A DNA stretch of 64,000 nucleotides, taken from positions 3,782,001-3,846,000 of the forward strand of contig CM007989.1 of the NCBI GenBank assembly GCA_002189035.1. Reading direction: 5' to 3'. Shown here in pieces: positions 27,621 to 38,998 of this stretch. The notes beneath the pieces are model-generated. The model was given only the letters and a program-made list of their open reading frames with translations, made no database searches and was not told where the DNA came from. This DNA comes from Utricularia gibba (Eukaryota > Plantae > Magnoliophyta). Position numbers and translations under genes: made by a program. Numbering within the stretch: position 1 is the stretch's first letter; each line of letters opens with the position of its first letter.

Positions 27621-28755
27621 ATGCGCACGGAGACTGTCAGAACCATCGTTGGGATCATCGGTTTGTGTTTCCCTTGTACCGCAACTGAATTTGATCATAA
27701 TCCTTACAACCACCCCACTTGTCTTGTCTGTGTGTGTTTCAGGGAATGTCATCTCCTTCTTCCTCTTCCTGTCTCCAGTGTAATTTCCTTCATCTCTTGC
27801 CTTGCATGCATGCATGCATGTGTTTGTTTACAGAGAACTGTGCCATGGTTTTCTTGCAGACCCACGTTCATCAAAATATGCAAAGCGAGATCGGTTCAGT
27901 CGTTCAAGCCGGACCCGTACGTGGCCACGATCTTGAACTGCGTCATGTGGGTCTGGTATGGGCTGCCCTTCATCCACCCGGACAGCACTCTCGTAGCCAC
28001 CATCAACGGCGTCGGCTTCTTCATCGAGTTCTCCTACATATCCATCTTCCTCATCTTCTCCGACTGGCCCCGGCGCGTGAGTCTCTCTCTCATCTCCCTC
28101 ACACTCTCTCTGTGTGCCATTCACCTTGAAACCAACACAAAAATGTACCAGCGGAAGATCCTGATCGCGCTGCTGGTGGAGGCGGTGTTCATGGCGGTGG
28201 TGGTGATCGTCAGCCTGCTGTGCCTCCCCACGATCAAGCTGCGCACGGTGGTTGTCGGAGCACTCTGCGTCGTCTTCAATGTGATGATGTACACATCCCC
28301 ATTGACGATCATGGTTAGTGGGTAGATGCCCGTGCGTGCACATGGATCTGGCACATCATGAAATGTCATGGAAACTGATTGTGATGCAGAAGCGGGTGAT
28401 CAAGACCAAGAGTGTGAAGTTCATGCCCTTCTATCTGTCGGTCGCCAACTTCGCCAACGGCGTCATCTGGGCCGTCTACGCCCTCCTCAAGTTCGACCCA
28501 TGGGTCTTTGTAAGCAGTCGTCCGGTTGATGAATCAGCCAGCCGCCGGAAACTGCATCCCAGACTGAGTTGTGTGTGTTGTATGATGCTGCAGGTGCCTA
28601 ATTTTCTGGGGAGCCTGTCGGGGCTGGTGCAGTTGATCCTGTACGCCACCTATTACAGAAGCACACCGTGGGATGATGACCAAGCCGCAGACAAAGCATC
28701 AAACAGCAGCAAGCAAGTTGAGCTGCAGAATCCAACTGCCCACAGTCAAGTTTGA
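27621..28755 (+). CDS. SWEET5: Bidirectional sugar transporter SWEET, clade II (SWEET5-like), 6 exons
   Basis: MRTETVRTIVGIIG|NVISFFLFLSP|PTFIKICKARSVQSFKPDPYVATILNCVMWVWYGLPFIHPDS and MYTSPLTIM|KRVIKTKSVKFMPFYLS...VPNFLG give two MtN3/saliva repeats. The subfamily number is tentative. Confidence 0.93.
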
Positions 28756-29366
28756 TTGGATAGGTGTCCTCCCCACCAAACATCAGTAACCCATTTCCTC
28801 AGACAAGGAAATGCAATAAAGTCAGCCCACCAGCAGCATGAAGCTAAGGGAGATTTTTAAACTTCTGGATGTTTGTTCTGGAAATTTTTCCTCAGTAACA
28901 AATATCTTTGCCCTGTTCAATCAAATATGAACTTTCATAAAAAAGTTGGGGTCCCTGCAGAAAGTAAACCACCATCCACCCTAAACCAAAACCAGAATCA
29001 CAACTAAGAGAATCAAAATAATAAAAGAGGGGGGAGGAGGGGGCTACAATAACTTATAATAAAGGAAAAGAAAACGGCATTGAGAAGTAAACAAGGGAAA
29101 AAAGGCTTTCAGTTTTGTTCCAAGTTGTACTACAACAGAGGATGGTTGCTCGAAGTAGTGGCGGCAACAAGGTGAAGATCATCTTCAGAGCCAGGGCATA
29201 ATGCTGCTACGGGTTTCTGCTTTCTGCAGTAAAAAGAGAAAAACTATCTACAGGTAGTGGCGGTGTGATCTGATGAGGATCTCTCTCTGACTGCATGTAA
29301 CCAACTTTTCGGAGGCGGCGGTACCTTACAACCAACATGGAAGGAAGCGTACTATCAGTGCAAAAT

Positions 29367-29399
29367 AGCAACATTGTCAGCAACATTGTCAGCAACATG
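29367..29399. repeat. 12-bp tandem repeat (AGCAACATTGTC) x2.7
   Basis: agcaacattgtc agcaacattgtc agcaacatg read directly. Confidence 0.85.
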
Positions 29400-29660
29400 A
29401 ATTTAACGCACTATAATCAATCCACAACTCATGCACAATAGCACACTGCCATTTACTGGACACTCCTTCCATAAATAGCAGCCAATGCTCGTGTACAAGA
29501 AACACACGAATAGGAGGATACGCTAGAACCAATCACATTATTGGGTAGTGGGGTGGGGGAAGGGGGGTGCATAATTTAGTTTCCTGGCCTCAGATATTAT
29601 ATGTAACTCAAGAATTCCAGGAAAAACACTTACAGGCTTCAGGTCACGTACACTAGAATC

Positions 29661-32600
29661 CTACTGCCAAGAAGACTGCTTAAATCTGAAGTTCTCATTG
29701 TCCCATCCTCCCTCAGGCTCCTTTCGCTTCATTGTACCACTAGAAACGGAATACACTCTTGCCTGCTCCTCAGCAAAAGCTTGCGAACTGGACACAGAAT
29801 TTTGACCTGATGACATTGGAAACATTTCCTCCCTGACTTCACTTTCCACAGCTCCAGGGCCTGCATTTAAATCAAATCCCTGTCGCCCCCATCTTCTGTT
29901 GCCATCCAAGCTACCATTGGTGCTATTTTCTGGAAGGGCGACCATGTAGGACCTCTGAAACTGTGGAGCTACAGAACCAACTGACCCAAGCAATTGTGAA
30001 TGAACTGCTGGAGCTCCAAACAGCCTTGCACCAGATGAGGGATCCACATATGAGGTTGCTCCCATTGAAAACGTGGCTGAAGGGAGAGGATAAGCTTCCC
30101 CAAACGGAAAAAGAGGTAACTGGAATGTGCTAGATGGAAAAGGTACTGCAGGAGAAGATGGTAGCACTGATCCCCGATAAATTTCTGGCGTGAATGAGTT
30201 AACACCGGAAGGGGAAAATGTCCTCTGTGCATTAATGGGAGGGAACACTGGAAATGGATGCTCCCCTCGATCTGGAAACATGGATGGAATAGCAATGGCT
30301 GAATATGAATTTCCCGATGGAAACCAAGATGAGAAACTCCCTTGCCCAGGGCTGTTCATTCTAAGTCCAGAAGTAGAAAGCTGAGATGGTATACCAACTT
30401 TGACTTGCTGATGGATTGAAAATTGATCTGCATTAGCATTAGTATCAACAGCTCCAGGACGATCATTTAGATCAAGATCTTTCCGTGCACCAGCAGCAAG
30501 TAAACCATCAAACAGTTTAAGCTGCACGGAAGATATCTCAGATTTATGATGATTGCTTGTGGAACAATTCCCAGTGTCAGATGCATCATCCACTCTGTTC
30601 AAATCAAGATCCAACCCACCAGATTCACGCAAAGATCCAGAAATCGAGGTTCATTCGAAAACTTAGAGGGACCACTTGCAGCACCAGTTTTCACAACAAA
30701 AGCATCTTGAAAAGCCATTTCCTCATAAGCACTTTCATCTGGCACGTTTAAATCAATGTCAAATGTAACACGGTCATGTTTGCTCGAGGAGCCATCCGGC
30801 ATGCACAAACTCGTTGAAACTGATGGTGTTCCTGATACTTTTCTAGGCTCAGCAGGCCGAAATGCACTTGTGGCGGCAGATCCTCGCCAGCCAAGTTCCC
30901 CTTTGTTTCTCAATAAGTCATCTGGAGGGATGAAGGGGCGTTTTGCGGCAGCAGCCACTGTAATGGAAGTAGAATGATTGCTTGGAAGATGACTTACAGA
31001 AAATGATGATGAATTCATCATACAAAGTGAGGTGGTGCTGCAGGGCACCAAATTGGCTGGTTCCCCATATTTAACCTCATCAGCAATCAAACCTTCATTC
31101 AAGTCAAATTCTACTTTTGCATCACCTTCAGATGGTCCTGTCGAATATGAAGCTTCAGCAAAACTGGAAGCTGCTCCACCATTCTGCTCCTCATTCAGAT
31201 GAACACCAGTCGAAATCCTGCCCACCTTGCTCTCAAAATTCGATCCATCAGGCGTGCTTGTGCAAACATCAGCAGCCTTGTCAGTAGATTCTGTAATACT
31301 GTTCCCGTTACTATTGCCCAGTGCTGGTTTCTCACTTGCAGTTTGTCTACCATCTTCAATCATATCTTCCTTTCTATTGTCTTCAGACAATGGATTAGAT
31401 GCTGTACCTTCATTGGTTGCCCTACAGTCGGTTGCCTTCAAGTGATTAAAATTAGTCTTTTCCCCAGAAATAGTACCATCAACGCTTTCCATTTTGACAT
31501 CTGTGATGCTATTGTTCCTACTATCACATGGAGTACACTTCTCCTTAAGACTGTCCGCAGTGATTTCACCATTTCGTGACTTATCAGCAGATATTGTACG
31601 CATTGGAGATGTCTTACAAGCATTCTCATTTGACTTTTCACTATTCTCCCACTTGGAATCAACTTTTATCCTCGTAGCTGCATTAGAAGGATCAAACAAT
31701 TTATCATCTGAGACAGGCAAGTCTTCAGAAGCCTGAGATGAGGCAGTTTTTGAATCCAACAACTCAATGGGAGCGTCCTTGGCTGAAGACAATCCTTTTT
31801 GAGACAATGGTGTACTCTCTAATACGGCAGGTTTGGTTGTGTCACCTTCAGCATCATCAATAGGCTGACTTTGAAGAGCAATGACATTTTCGGGGATTGA
31901 TTTGGACTTTGCTTCATCATCAGGGGAAATATCCTTGGATGTAGGCATGCTTCTTTCTGTAGACTCTGTTGGTGAAAGCAACTCGGATCTTGAAATTTCC
32001 CCAGCAGCCACACTAGCCAGCAAATTCATTCCAACATCATCATCCAGGGACATTGATGAATTTGCTTCAGAATACTTCACACAGCTCATCAAGGCATTCA
32101 TGGGGCTAAAGGAAGATGCATGCAGCTTGCTAGATTTCAGAAGTACCTGATTTGATTTTTTAGAGTCAGAAGTCATAGCTTTCCCTTCATCCGAAAGAGC
32201 AAGAGGTGATACAGAAGTCTCAATAGGCTCCGTTTGTATATCCTTTGCATCATTATTTCTCCAACCATCCACATTAGTTTCTGAAACAACATTAGAAGAA
32301 TGTATATCTGTCTTCTCCATAGGATTACGATCACAATGCTCAGGCCTGTCCAATAGTACAGGTGATGAAACTCGACTGCTAGTATTTGTAAAGTCTTCTG
32401 GGGATGCACCAGCAGCACCTTGAGCAGGGCTCCGGGACCTGGTTGGAATCTTTACAATCAGCTTGTGACTGCTACCTTCAGCTGCAGGCGCATCAAAGAC
32501 CTTTTCCACACTTGAAGCAGAGTGATGAAGCTTCTCTGGAGGCATGTTTTTAATCACCGAAGAGCTTCTACCTGAATTTATTTCTTTCTGAATCCCAGAA

Positions 32601-35096
32601 AAACCTCCTTTCCTGTTTCGGCTAGCAATAACAGGCATCTTATTCACTGCCACTACGCCTGCACCACTCTTTGCTTCCTCTTTACCCGAGGAGGACTGAC
32701 TTTGACCATGTGACTGATTAGAACTACTGCTCCTATCCTCCCTAACCATAGGGGCATCAGAAGACCCCACAGGAGGCACTCTTACAAGGTTCTCCTTAAC
32801 AGATGATGGTGAAGATGCAGGTTTGGCATGTCCTGGAGATGAAGTGGTGGATTTAACATTAATATCCACACGAGAAGACCTAGCTGAAGTCGTTTTTGAA
32901 AGAGTACTTTGGGTCACTGAGCTTTTTATTGCAGCATCAGAGCCAGTGGGAGTTCTGACTCCACCATGAGAGGACTCGGTAAGCCGTGACTTTGATGGCC
33001 ACACGGACACAGCCTGTGTTGAACCAGATTTTTCTTCATTAGTAATCATCTCAGCTTCAACACGTTTCTTCCAAGTGTCAACTAGACTTCTTGACTTCCT
33101 CTGAATCTCGGAGTTTTTATGTGATCTCAAGTGATTCACAGATCTTCCAATGTTGCACATCTGAAGGGCCTGGAGGTCAACAGGCAGTTTGTCTAATGCA
33201 CGAAGCAAAACCAAGAGGAATTCGTCAACTGATACATCAGAGTCCTTTAAACAATTGCCATCCCCAATCTTTCCTTTATGCACATCCTGCAGCCATTCAT
33301 CAAATACAGGTAACCCTCTTAGCTGCACAAACCGGTCTAGGCATTCGGTTTTGTCAGTACAAGCCATAACACTGGCTAGCATGGAGCGATAACCTAAATC
33401 CAATTTTCTCTCTGTTTTATCATGTTGCATCAACTGTACAAGCCTTTCAACACCTTCCAAATCTACAAGTCCTCCTCTATCAGTTATCCTGGAAATCTCA
33501 GATTTCAAATTACTTTCAGTGATGCAATGAGTGGATTCATAATCATCACTTCTTGAACAATGTTCCCTTTTTACTTGTTCACCACAATGATCTCTTTCCC
33601 TCTTTTTTCCTTTCACTTGACAACGTGAAGGGATGTCACCAGCATTATGGGCACTCTCAGGTGCAGTCTTTACTTGTGAAGTCGAAGTAGGACCATTAGC
33701 TTGCTTTGGAGAACGACCACCAGACTGCAATGGTGCATGCATTTCTAACCTTGTTCTGTGCAACAGCTGGTCTACTTCTTCTTGTCGATCCTGTAAGGTA
33801 ACATCAAAAAAGGAGAAACAAAAAACAGGATGAGATTTGTACGTTACATCCACAACCCATCCCCAAGAAAATCAATGCATTTGAAACAAAAGCCCCCTTT
33901 CACATTCCATATGACTGCCTCAAATTAGGCTGAAAAAATCAAAAGCATAACATGGATCATTCCCCTTTCATCAATTAACAATGAAAGCTCACATTAACGT
34001 AGTCTTGATCTGTTAGCCACCACAAACACTTGTTAGTAATGTCGTAGACACGCCGACAAACAAATGAAGATGTCCGAGCTGGGAGTTCCACACCTTTGGG
34101 AAGAAATGCAACTTTACAAGGATGGAGCAGAGATCCTGCAGGAATCTCGTCCTCGTGAAAAGAATAGAATATCTCGTTTGGGGCACCTTCCACAAGAGTG
34201 CCTTTACCGAGCCTTACTTCAGCAGGCCGATAGAGCCAATTGACACCCAAGTGCAAGTGATTCTCCTCACTGAATTTTAGCCGGCGGATCAAACCAATAT
34301 AAGGCGGAGAATCCTGAGTTGGCTTGAAAAGCGCACAGTCACCAACACAAATCTTACGACCATCCTGCAAAAAGGGAAACCAATTAATATCAATGATCAC
34401 TAAAGAAAAAATGCATTAATGAAAGGAATAAAAACAACATTAGCCCTCCAAAACAGGGATTGATCAGTAATAACAGTTTAATAAAAAAATAATCAAATAA
34501 AATTCTCTTTAATCAGCTATTAACCTACACTGTATATTCTGATTTACATTTATAATAATGAACATGAAAATGGAAGGACGATAATATCCCTAGATAACTA
34601 AGTAAGTTTTACTCTCACAATTCGCGCCTTCTAAATCCAGCATCGAACTTCTAATAAATTTTTACACTGCTGTTAATACAAAAAATAATTTTAGAATAGG
34701 CTGCATTATCCAAAAGATTCAAAATTTATGAGCACATTATCAAAGTACAGCACCTTTACAGAACTTAGAGCTGAAAACATCAAAGTTATTCATTCATTAC
34801 GAAATAAGCAGAAATGTCTACCGGAGATGATGAAAAACTTGATAAAAGAAAAGAAAAGACTCCAAAAAAAGCAGGGCTTAGGAAACACATAACTGAAGAA
34901 GCGGGGAGGTCAGTACCTTGAGGAACGAATCACCAGAGGAGGCAGTTTCAGTAGAAATAATAGAAGAATCGGGATCACCCTCAATTATCAGAGTATTGTT
35001 CTTCGTCACCAAGGGGAGGACTGACCGCATGTGCCGACTGCAAGAACTTCGTGAACTCCTACAACTTGTGTGCTCCCGCTGAATGCTCCCATGCAT
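29661..35096 (-). CDS. SUO: BAH- and TFIIS-N-domain protein, SUO-like; one -1 frameshift near 30645 as assembled
   Basis: Exon 1 MHGS...GDSFLK, then BAH exon DGRKICVGDCALFKPTQDSPPYIGLIRR, TFIIS-N segment LDRFVQLRGLPVFDEWLQDVHKGKIG...LNHLRSHK-like/ARSLVDTWKKRVEAEM-like motifs, ELGWRGSAATSAFRPAEPRK, several DLN motifs and terminal KRKEPEGGWD...QSSWQ*. Confidence 0.9.
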
Positions 35097-35340
35097 AATA
35101 AGAGTTCTTCTTTAGCATTTTCCCAAAGTTTGACGCCAACTTGGACCCAAATTTCAAACATCAAATCTTCCCGACCCTCACGAGCTTAGGACTCCACTAA
35201 AATCCTCGACTCCTCTGCCAGTAATACCCCATTTCGCGAAAATTTCGTGATTTCACAGATAGCCACAGCCAGTACGCGGAAAACGAAAACTTTAGGATGC
35301 CTCTCCAATTCAAGGAAGCTCCGCTATCCAGACACCAGAA

Positions 35341-35376
35341 AAACCCTAAATTGCTTCAAGCAAATGTAAACCCTAA
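35341..35376. promoter_or_regulatory. Two telo-box motifs (AAACCCTAA) in the 5' leader/intron region of the SUO-like gene
   Basis: aaaccctaa at 35341-35349 and 35368-35376; a further TAGGGTTT at 35835-35842. Confidence 0.5.
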
Positions 35377-35974
35377 CTCGTCGGCTCCATCTCATTCACA
35401 GCCCTAAATCCGCGATCCAAAACCTACAAATTAAAACTGAAAATTTTCAGATCGAAGCATTAAACGGCGTCAATTGAGCCGAAAAAAGGAAAACCTAGAA
35501 AGGGATTCTAGCAACAGTCCCAACTTAAAACCCATAATCGCGCTTTCGAAAATTCTCAGCCAGCAAACACCCCAGCACCACGAAAACGGGGAGAGTGGGA
35601 GAGAGAGAGAAGACCTGGGGAGCTTTTTCCGATTCGGAGATAGAGGCGAAGCAACAACACGCACAGCGCGAGATAGCGTGGGAAGAAGAGCAAATAAAAG
35701 AAATGTGGAAAACGACGCCGTTAGACCCACAAGAAACGAATACGGGCAGGGCAGATCGGGCAGCTGCATACACGCACAAAATACCACTACCACCACATTT
35801 CAATTTTTCAAATGAAAATGATACCAAAAAAAACTAGGGTTTCCACAACTAATTGACATGCTTAACGACTCGCGTTGACTTCTTTCAACAAAACCCTGAC
35901 AAATGACTTACTAATTCCGCTTCATTACAATATAAACTAATTGCCCTTCTAAATATAGAATACTGAAACTGTCA

Positions 35975-36055
35975 GGGGCCAGAAATACAAATCCGTGAAA
36001 TTATCGGGGGCCAGAAATGCAATTCTGTGAAATTACGGGGGCCGGGGAAGTGAAA
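35975..36055. repeat. Degenerate ~31-bp tandem repeat x2.5, each copy starting with GGGGCC
   Basis: ggggccagaaatacaaatccgtgaaattatc / gggggccagaaatgcaattctgtgaaattac / gggggccggggaagtgaaat. Confidence 0.7.
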
Positions 36056-36498
36056 TCTGGGTGACGATAACCGAACGCGCAGCCCGAGGCTCGGGAATTT
36101 GGGGATGTGACTGCGCTGAAAAGGTCACTGCGCTCGCTGATCTGATTTCGTTTAGGGTTCGCATCGTTTTCAACACCATGTTGGGCGAGCTGTGCGTAGG
36201 GGCGGTTTGGGGATTTCAGGGGGAGGAAGACAACGCGTCATGACATGACACTGTGGATTTCCTACGTGGCGTTAAGGTTGTCCCCCCGCCTTTCTGTCAG
36301 CTTAGTGATCCGATCCATCTCCACAGTTTGATTAATGCTGCTAATTAATCCGCATTTAAACGCCACGCCTTGGTCAATGCCATGGTGAGTGGCACACAAG
36401 GGAAGGGCCCCCATCAGCCTTGGCATCTCAGATCAACAAAAAGAATCCCAATTGTCATAAGGGTTGCAGCAGCAGCACATTTTGCTGCTGGATTTGAG

Positions 36499-37173
36499 TA
36501 TGAAGTAGTCGCTGTGCCGTTGGGGAAGGCCCCTCCTCCTCTTTCTGGCTCCGGTGTCACTATGGCACCACATTTCACAAATGAGCTGGTGGTAGATGCC
36601 TTACTTTTGGAGTCATGTGTTGCAGGATCTGTGGTGTCTGCATCTCAAATCATTTACTTACTTCAACCTGGCTGCATCCCGCGTATGCAATCCTCTTCTT
36701 GCTGCAGATTGTCTTTCTTACTATGAAGTAGTCGCTGTGCCGTTGGGAGAAGGCCCCTCCTCATCTTTCTGGCTCCAGTGTCACTATGGCACCACATTTC
36801 ACAAATCAGCTGGTGTTAGATGCCTTACTTTCTAGAGTCATGTGTTGGAGGATCTGTGGTGTCTGCATCTCAAATCATTTACTTACTTCAACCTGGCTGC
36901 ATCCCGCGTACGCAATCCTGTTCTTGCTGCAGATTGTCTTTCTTACTATCAAGTAGTCGCTGTGCCATTGGGAGAAGGCCCCTCCTCATCTTTCTGGCTC
37001 CAGTGTCACTATGGCACCACATTTCAGAAATCAGCTGGTGGTAGATGCCTTACTTTTCTGGGGTCATGTGTTGGAGGATCTGTAGTATTCGCATCTCAAA
37101 TCATTTACTTACTTCAACCTGGCTGCATCCCGCGTATGCAATCCTGCTCTTGCTGCAGCTAGTCTTTCTTACT
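36499..37173. repeat. Three tandem copies of a ~224-bp unit derived from the PPR gene 3' end
   Basis: Units start at 36499, 36722 and 36947 (tat(g/c)aagtagtcgctgtgcc...). Each ends with the reverse complement of the last ~24 PPR codons plus stop. Confidence 0.95.
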
Positions 37174-38575
37174 CGTCCAAGGTGTTCCCACTTTGCTTCT
37201 GAAGCATATAGGTTAGAGAGGAGGACCATGGCTCCATGAGCAGGTTGAAAATCTAGTTGCTGCAAATGATTTGCTATTCGCTCCCCGAAATGTGAGCTTC
37301 TGTGGATTCTGCATGCACTGAGGAGAGACCTCCAAAGGACTACATCAGGGGGAATGGTCATGGATCTTAGCATGCCAAGTGCTTTTCCAAAGAATCCTGC
37401 ACGGCCAAGCAAATCAATGTAACAACTATAGTGCTCGATTTGAGGAGCAACTCCCCACAGCCTCTCCATGTTATAGAATATAAAAGTGCCTTGGGATAGA
37501 AGACCAGCATGACTGCATCCATTCAGGACTCCAAGGATTGTGATTCCATTTGGGTTCACATCTTCGGCTAACATTTGCCGAAACACGAGCATAGCCTCTC
37601 TACCAAGGCCATGAATCGACAAACCATGTATCATACTAGTAAAAATGTAGATATCTCTCTTCGAAAACTGGCTGAAAGCATGGTATGCTAGGTTGATACT
37701 GCCACACTTTGCATACATGTCAATCAGAGCAGTGGTAATGTTAGGAGTTTGAGGAACATGGTACTTATTTATGCAACCAATAATCCTGTTACCTTGATCC
37801 AGGGAACCAAGATGAGCGCAGGCAGTGAGAGCAAGGACTACAGTAGCTTCATTTGGCTTGAACTCATTCATCATCCTGTGAAAATAGGTGAGGGCTTCAG
37901 TCCACATTCCACAGCCAACAAAACCCGACATCATTACACACCAGGACACGTCGTTTCTCAGTGGCATTTTGCTGAAGATGTTACAAGCTTCGTTCATATT
38001 TCCACCTTTAGTGTAGGCACAAACTAAGCTAGTGAACGAAAAAACGTCTGGTTCATTCATTTCATCGAACACTTTGCGTGCTTCGTCCACCATGGCGAAT
38101 GCCCGTATACGCTAATCAAAGAATTCACTACGTATAGATTCGCCAGCGAACCATTTTTTATCGCCAGCCCTTGAACAATCTGTCCCCATTCGATATCCGA
38201 TTGGTGAGCACACGAAGTGAACACATAGGTGAAAGTATACATGTCAGGTGCAACTTGAGCATCCATCATTCTACGAAACAGAGTGATTGACTCTGGACAA
38301 TCCCGGATCTTTGAGTATCCCTTGATAATCAGATTCCACAGTAATGTCGATGGCGAATGCGACGGATATCCATCAAAGAGAATTCTGGCAATGGTGATCT
38401 TATTGCAGTTCAAGTAACAGTGGATGAGCGAATCAATCAACGAAAGGCCCAAGAATCTAGCTCGCTGGGTGATGATTTGGGCGTGGATTTGCTTGATTTC
38501 TGATACGGGTGGGCGTTGACTCAGAAGCCGGGAAAGCAGCCGTCCAGAAATTCGAGAGAAAACATGGGTTGGCAT
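37101..38575 (-). CDS. PLS-class PPR protein, E subgroup, intronless; one -1 frameshift at 38102-38104 as assembled
   Basis: EIKQIHAQII, TLLWNLIIKGYS, VAPDMYTFTYVF, ITTALIDMYAKCGSI, GITILGVLNGCSHAGL, VAPQIEHYSCYIDLLGRAG, PDVVLWRSLLSACRIH and E-domain end MVLLSNLYAS...AGCSQVEV. No DYW domain seen. Confidence 0.93.
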
Positions 38576-38998
38576 TTACCGGCGGTTCTGTTGAGGGTAC
38601 CCCCCAGCGGGAATCACACACACACAAAGCATCGCTATACAATGCTGCTGTTTTTACGATCCCTCTCCATCATGACCCTCGTCTGACGTAACACGTATGG
38701 TGGGCTATTCAACCCCAGATCTCTGTCAAATCTTGGCGTCCAACGCCACAGAGCCACGATGCTTTTCTTGTGTCGATGATGTCAGGTCAGGACAGGACCG
38801 TGATTGACGGCGTCACGGCGGTCAGTCAATCTCATTCGTGGGTAGGAAATAACGATGCTCATATCACTTGTTCAAATCAGATCATCGTCCTTGTGTTGAT
38901 GACAAAAAGATGAGCTTTTTCAGGCAAGACAAGGATCATCTGATACCATCATATGGCCTGGGCAGTCACATGTGACTGATTATCTTCGTCTTACTATA

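Noticed and set aside
36499-37173. CRISPR-like interpretation of the tandem repeats
   Set aside because: Long head-to-tail units with no unique spacers, no cas genes, and a eukaryotic context.
36370-37239. Plus-strand ORFs with repeated peptides (YEVVAVPLG..., SQIIYLLQPGCIP)
   Set aside because: By-products of the 224-bp triplication, with frames shifting between copies; the real coding sense is the minus-strand PPR tail.
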